Shown here: positions 58,001 to 64,000 of the stretch, piece by piece
Layout of the letters: every line of letters starts with the position of its first letter
How positions within the stretch are numbered: position 1 is the first letter of the stretch
Source of the DNA: the human T2T-CHM13v2.0 reference genome, Homo sapiens
Assembly: GCF_009914755.1 (NCBI RefSeq)
Contig: NC_060940.1
Reading direction: 5' to 3' (one strand)
DNA length: 64,000 nucleotides
Position numbers and translations under genes: made by a program
The notes under the pieces: model-generated
Told to the model about the DNA's origin: nothing
Seen by the model: only the letters and a program-made list of their open reading frames with translations
Databases searched by the model: none

Positions 58001-61000
58001 AATGGAATCGTCTTTGTATGGAATTGAATGGAATCATCATCAAATGGAATTGAATGGAATCATCATTGAATGGAATCGAATGGAATCATTATAAAATGTA
58101 ATCGATTGGAATCATCATCAAATGGAATCGAAAGGAATCATCGAATGGAATCGAATGGAATCATCGAATGGAATCTAATGGAACAATCATCAAATGGAAT
58201 CGAATGGAATCATCGAATGGAATCAAAAGGAATCAGCGAATGGAATTGAATGGAATCATTATCAAATGCAATCAAATGGAATCATCATTGAATGGAATTG
58301 AACAGAATCATCAAGTGGAACCGAATGGAATCATTGAAGGGAATCGAATGGAATCATGATTGAATGGAATCGAATGGAATTATAGAATGAAATTGAATGG
58401 AATCATTGAATGGAATCGAAGGCAATCATTGATGGACTCGAATGGATTCATCAACGAATGGACATGAATGGAATCATCATCAAATGGACTCGAATGGAGT
58501 CATCATCTAATGGAATCGAATAGAATCAACATCGAATGGACTCCAATGGAACCATCGAAAGGAATCGAATGGAATCATCGAATTTAATCAAAGGGAATCA
58601 TTATCAAATGCAGTCGAATGGAATCATCATCAAAGGGAATCGAATGGAATCATCGAATGGAATCATCGAATGGAATCATCATCGAATGGAATCGAATGGA
58701 ATCATCAAATGGAATCGAATGGAATCGTCAAATGGAATTGAATGGAATCATCATCGAATGGAATCATCAAATGGAATCGAATGGAATCATCATCAAATGG
58801 AATCGAATGGAATTATTGAATGGAATCGAATGGAATCATTGAATGGAATTGAAAGCAATCATTGAATGGACTCTAATGGAATCATCATCGAATGGACATG
58901 AAAGGAATCATCATCAAATGGACTCGAATGGAATCATCATTGAATGGACTCGAATGGAATCCTTATCAAATGGACTCTAATGGAGTCATCATCGAATGGA
59001 ATCGAATGGAATCAACATCAAATGGTCTCGAATGTAATCATCGAATGGAATCGAATGGAATCATCAAATTTAATCGAACAGAATGATTATCAAATGCAAT
59101 CGAATGGAGCCATCATCGAATGGACTTGAATGGAGTCATCATCGAATGGAATCTAATGGAAACAACATTGAATGGACTCGAATGGAATCATCGAATGGAA
59201 TCAAATGGAATCATCAAATTTAATCGAATGGAATCATTATCGAATGCAATCGAATGGAACCATCATCGAATAGACTCGAATGGAATCATCATCGAATGGA
59301 CTCGAATGGAATCATCGTCAAATGGACTCGGATGGAATCATCTTCGAATGGACTCGAATGGAGTCATCATCAAATGGACTCGAATGGAGTCATCATGGAA
59401 TGGACTCGAATGGAATCATCATCAAATGGACTCGAATGGAATCATCATCGAATGGACTCAAATGGAGTCATCGTGGAATGGACTTGAATGGAGTCATCAT
59501 CGAATGAACTCGAATGGAATCAACATTGAATGGACTCGAATGGAATCATCGAATGGAATCGAATGGAATCATCAAATTTAATCGAATGGAATCATTATCG
59601 AATGCAATCGAATGGAACCATCATCGAATGGAATCGAATGGATCATCGAATGGAATCGAATGGAATCATCGAATGGAATGGAATGGAATGGAATCATCAT
59701 CGAATGGAATCAAATGGAATTATCAAATGGAATCGAATGGAATCTTCAAATGGAATTGAATGGAATCATCATCAAAAGGAATCGAATGGAATCATTGAAT
59801 GGAATTGAATGGAATCGAATGTAATTATTGAATGGAATCGAATGGAATCATTGATTGGAATACACTGCAATCATTGAACGGACTCGAATGGAATCATCAT
59901 GGAATGGACATGAATGGAATCATCATCGAATGGACTTGAATGGAATCATCATCGAATGGAATCGAGTGGAATCATCATCCAATGGACTCGAATGGAATCA
60001 TCATCGAATGGACCTGAATAGAATAATCATCGAATGGACTCGGATGGAATCGTCATCCAATGGACTCGAATGGAATCATCATCGAATGGACTCGAATGGA
60101 ATCATCATCAAATGGACTCGAATGGAGTCATCATTGAATGGAATCGAGTGGAATCATCATCCAATGGACTCGAATGGAATCATCATCGAATGGACCTGAA
60201 TAGAATAATCATCGAATGGACTCAGATGGAATCGTCATCCAATGGACTCGAATGGAATCATCATCGAATGGAATCGAATGGAATCATCGAATGGACTCGA
60301 ATGGAATCATCATCGAATGGACTCGAATGGAATCATCATCAAATGGACTCGAATGGAGTCATCATTGAATGGAATCGAGTGGAATCATCATCCAATGGAC
60401 TCGAATGGAATCATCATCGAATGGGCTCGAATAGAATCATCATCAAATGGCTCGAATGGAATCGTCATCCAATGAACTCGAATGGAATAATCATCGAATG
60501 GAATCGAATGGAGTCATCATCGAATGGACCCAAAAGGAATCATCATGGAATGGACTCAAATGGAATCATCATCAAATGGACTCGAATGGAATCATCATCG
60601 AATGGACTCAAATGGAGTCATCATGGAATGGACTTGAATGGAGTCATCATCGAATGAACTCGAATGGAATTATCATTGAAGGAAAACGAATAGAGTCATC
60701 ATCGCATGGAATCGAATGGAATCATCATTGAATGGACTCAAATGGAGTCATCATCGAATGTACTCGAATGGAGTCATCATCAAAAGGACACAAATGGAAT
60801 CATCACCGAATGGACTCGAATGGAATCATCATTGAATGGAATAAAATGGAATCATCATCGAAAGGAATCGAATGGAATCATCATCGAATGGAATCGAATG
60901 GAATCCTCGAATGGAATCGACTAGAATGGAATCCAATGGCATCGAATAGAATCGAATGGAATGGGAGCTGAGATTCTGCCACTGCGCTGCAGTCTGGGTG

Positions 61001-64000
61001 ACAGACTGAGATACTCTCGAAAGAAGGGAATGGAATGGAAAGCAGTGGAAAGGAATGGAATGGAATGGAGTGGACTGGAGTGGATTGGAGTGAAGTGCAA
61101 AGCAGTGGAATGGAATGGGATGGAATGGAATAGAATGAAGTGGAGTGGAGTGGGGTGGATTGGAGTGCAGTGGAATGGAGCAGAATGGAATGGGATGGAA
61201 TGGAAAGGAGTGGATTGGAGTGCAGTAGATTGGAGAGGAGTGGAATGGATTTGAATGGAATCGGTGTAATGAAATGTAGTGGAGTGGAGTGGAACAGAGT
61301 GGAATGGAATGGAATGGAATAGAATTAAATGGAATGGAACGGAATGGAATTGAATGGAATGGAATGGAATGGAATGGAATGGAATGGAATGGAATGGAAT
61401 GAAATGGAATGCAATTGAATGTCATGGAATAGAATGCAATGCAATGGAAAGTTGACATGTAGTCTGAGCTGAGATGGTGCCAGTGTACTCCAGCCTGGGT
61501 GACACAGTGATATCCTGTCGAAAGAAAGGAATGGTATGCAATGGAGTGAAATGGAATGGAATGGAGTGGAGTGGAGTGGAGTGGAATGGAATGAAATGGA
61601 ATGGAATCGAATCGAATAGCATAGAATGGAATCAAATGGATTGGAATCGAATGGAATCAAATCAAATGGAATCGAATGGAATCGAATGGCATGGAATGGA
61701 ATGGAATGGAATGGGAGCTGAGATTATGCCACTGTGCTCCAGGCTGGGTGACAGAGTGAGATACTCTTGAAATAAAGGAATGGAATGGAATGCATTGGAA
61801 TGGAATGCATTGGAATGGAATGGAATGGAATGGAGTGGACTGGAGTGAAGTGGAGTGGAGTGAAGTGGAGTGGAGTGGAGAGGAGTGGAATGTAGTGGAA
61901 TGGAACTGGATTAAATGGAATGGAATGGAATGGACTCGAATGGAATGGACTCGAATGGAATGGAAGGGACTTGAATGGAATCATCATCGAACGGACTCGA
62001 ATAGAATCATCATCGAATGGACTCGAATGGAATCATCATCGAATGGACTCGAATGGAATCATCACCGAATGGACTCAAATGGAATCATCTTCAAATGGAA
62101 CCGAATGGAATCATCATCAAATGGAATTGAATGGAATCATCAAATGGAGTTGAATGGAATCATCATCGAATGGAATAGAATGGAATCATCATCGAACGGA
62201 GTTGAATGGAGTCATCATTGAACGGAATCGAATGGAATCATCATTGAATGGAATCAAAAGGAATCATCATCGAATGGAATGGAATGGAGTCATCATCTAA
62301 TGGAATCGAATGGAATCATCATCAAATGGAATCGAATGGAATCATTGAATGGAATCGAAGGGAGTCATCAAATGAAATTGAATGGAATCATAGAATGGAA
62401 TTGAATCGAATGGAATCGCATGGAATCAAATGGAATGGAATTGAATGGGAGCTGAGACTGTGTCACTGAGTTCCAGGCTGGGTGACAGAGTGAGATACAC
62501 TCGAAAGAAAGGAATGAAATTGAATTCAGTTGAATGGAATGAAATGGAATGGAGTGGACTGGAGTGGAGTGGAGTGGAGTGAAGTGTAGTGGAGTGCAAT
62601 AGAGAGGAATGGAATGGGATGGAATGAAATGAAATGAAGTGGAGTGGAGTGGGGTGGAGTGCAGTGCAGTGGAATGGAGTGGAATTTAATGAGATGGAAT
62701 GGAAAGGAGTGTAGTGGACTGCAGTGGAGTGGAGAGGAGTGGAATGGAGTGGCATGGAATCGGATGTAATGGGATGTAGTGGAGTGGAGTGGAGTGGAAA
62801 GGAACACAGTGGAATGGAATGGAATGGAATGGAATGGAAAGGAATGGAATTGAATGCAATGCAATGCAATGCAATGGAATAGAATGCAATGCAATGGAAA
62901 GTTGACATGTAATGTGAGCTGAGATTGTGCCACTGCACTCCAGCCTGGGTGACACAGTGATATCCTGTCGAAAGAAAGGAATGGAATGCAATGGAGTGAA
63001 ATGGAATGGAATGGAATGGAGTGGAGTGGAGTGGAGTGGAATGGAATGGAATGGAATGGAATGGAATGGAATGGAATGGAATGGAATGGAATGGAATGGA
63101 ATTGAAATGAATCGAATCAAATCGAACAGAATGGAATCAAATCAAATGGAATTGCATGGAATGGAAAGGAATGGAATGGGAGCTGAGATTGTGCCACTGC
63201 ACTCCAGCCTGGGTGACAGAGTGAGAAACTCTCGAAAGAAAGTAATGGAATGGAATGGAGTGGAATGGAATGGAACGGAATGGAGTGAACCTGAGTGGAG
63301 TGGAGTGGAGTGGAGTGGAGTGGAATGGAGTGGAATGGAATCGGATGTTATGGAAAGTAGTGGAATGGAATGGAATAGAATGGACTGGAATGGACTGGAA
63401 TGGAATGGAATCGAATGGAATGGACTCGAATGGATTGGAATGGACTCGAATGGAATGAAATGGACACGAATGGAATCATCCTCGAATAGACTCAAATGGA
63501 AGCATCATCAAATGGACTCGAATGGAATCATCATCAAATGTACACCAAAGAAATCATCATCGAATGAACTCGAATGGAAGTGTCATCAAATGGACTCAAA
63601 TGGAATCATCATCGAATGGATTCGAATGGAATAATCATCGAATGGACTCGAATTGAATTGTGATCACATGGACTCAAATGGAATCATCATTGAATGGACT
63701 CGAATAGAATCGTGCTAGAATGGAGTCGAAAGGAATCGTCATCGAATAGAATTGAATGGAATCATCGTTGAATGGACTCGAATGGATTCATCATCGAATG
63801 GACTCCAATGGAATCGTCATCAAATGGAATCAAATGGAATCGTCTTTGTATGGAATTGAATGGAATCATCATCAAATGGAATTGAATGGAATCATCATTG
63901 AATGGAATCGAATGGAATCATTATAAAATGTAATCGATTGGAATCATCATCAAATGGAATCGAAAGGAATCATCGAATGGAATTGAATGGAATCATCATC
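55075..64000 (+). repeat. Hybrid satellite: HSat2-like (GGAATCATCATCGAAT / GGACTCGAAT) blocks alternating with Alu-bearing GGAAT/GGAGT units; ~5.83-kb higher-order repeat
   Basis: HSat2-type 23/26-bp units at ~55075-55150, 56150-56620, 57600-60960, 61975-62445 and 63430-64000; 55663-58150 is near-identical to 61487-63980. Confidence 0.93.

Noticed and set aside
46329-63634. Very long ORFs (up to 887 aa; HSIPF.. and MEWNG.. peptides)
   Set aside because: Translations of stop-poor pentamer satellite; period-5 low complexity with no domain, splice or promoter evidence

Overview
Primate (human or great-ape) pericentromeric-type DNA with no intact protein-coding gene. It has three zones. (1) ~1-46.3 kb is segmental-duplication mosaic. 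It holds two direct copies, ~35.9 kb apart, of a KSR1-derived cassette: GC-rich (GCCGCGGCTTTTT) repeat, degenerate KSR1 exon 1, presumed intron 1, then a (GAAAT/GAT) satellite; the first copy is cut by the window start. Between them lie a near full-length L1PA3/4-type element lacking a TSD, a 5'-inverted young L1 with a perfect 17-bp TSD, and Alus, MaLR/ERV LTRs, DNA-transposon relics and old L1/L2 debris. (2) ~46.4-55 kb is a (GGAAT/GGAGT) satellite III-type array punctuated every ~150-1000 bp by a co-oriented ~55-bp Alu 3'-end fragment, and these fragments form an old higher-order cycle. (3) ~55-64 kb is a hybrid of those Alu-bearing units with HSat2-like (GGAATCATCATCGAAT) blocks, in a near-identical ~5.83-kb repeat. 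The most interesting items are this Alu-tail/satellite composite, whose rearrangement breakpoints repeatedly fall inside the Alu fragments, and the satellite-bounded KSR1 cassette. Nearly all long ORFs in the track are repeat artefacts or L1 fragments. Repeat-family names come from recalled consensus sequences, not from a database search.
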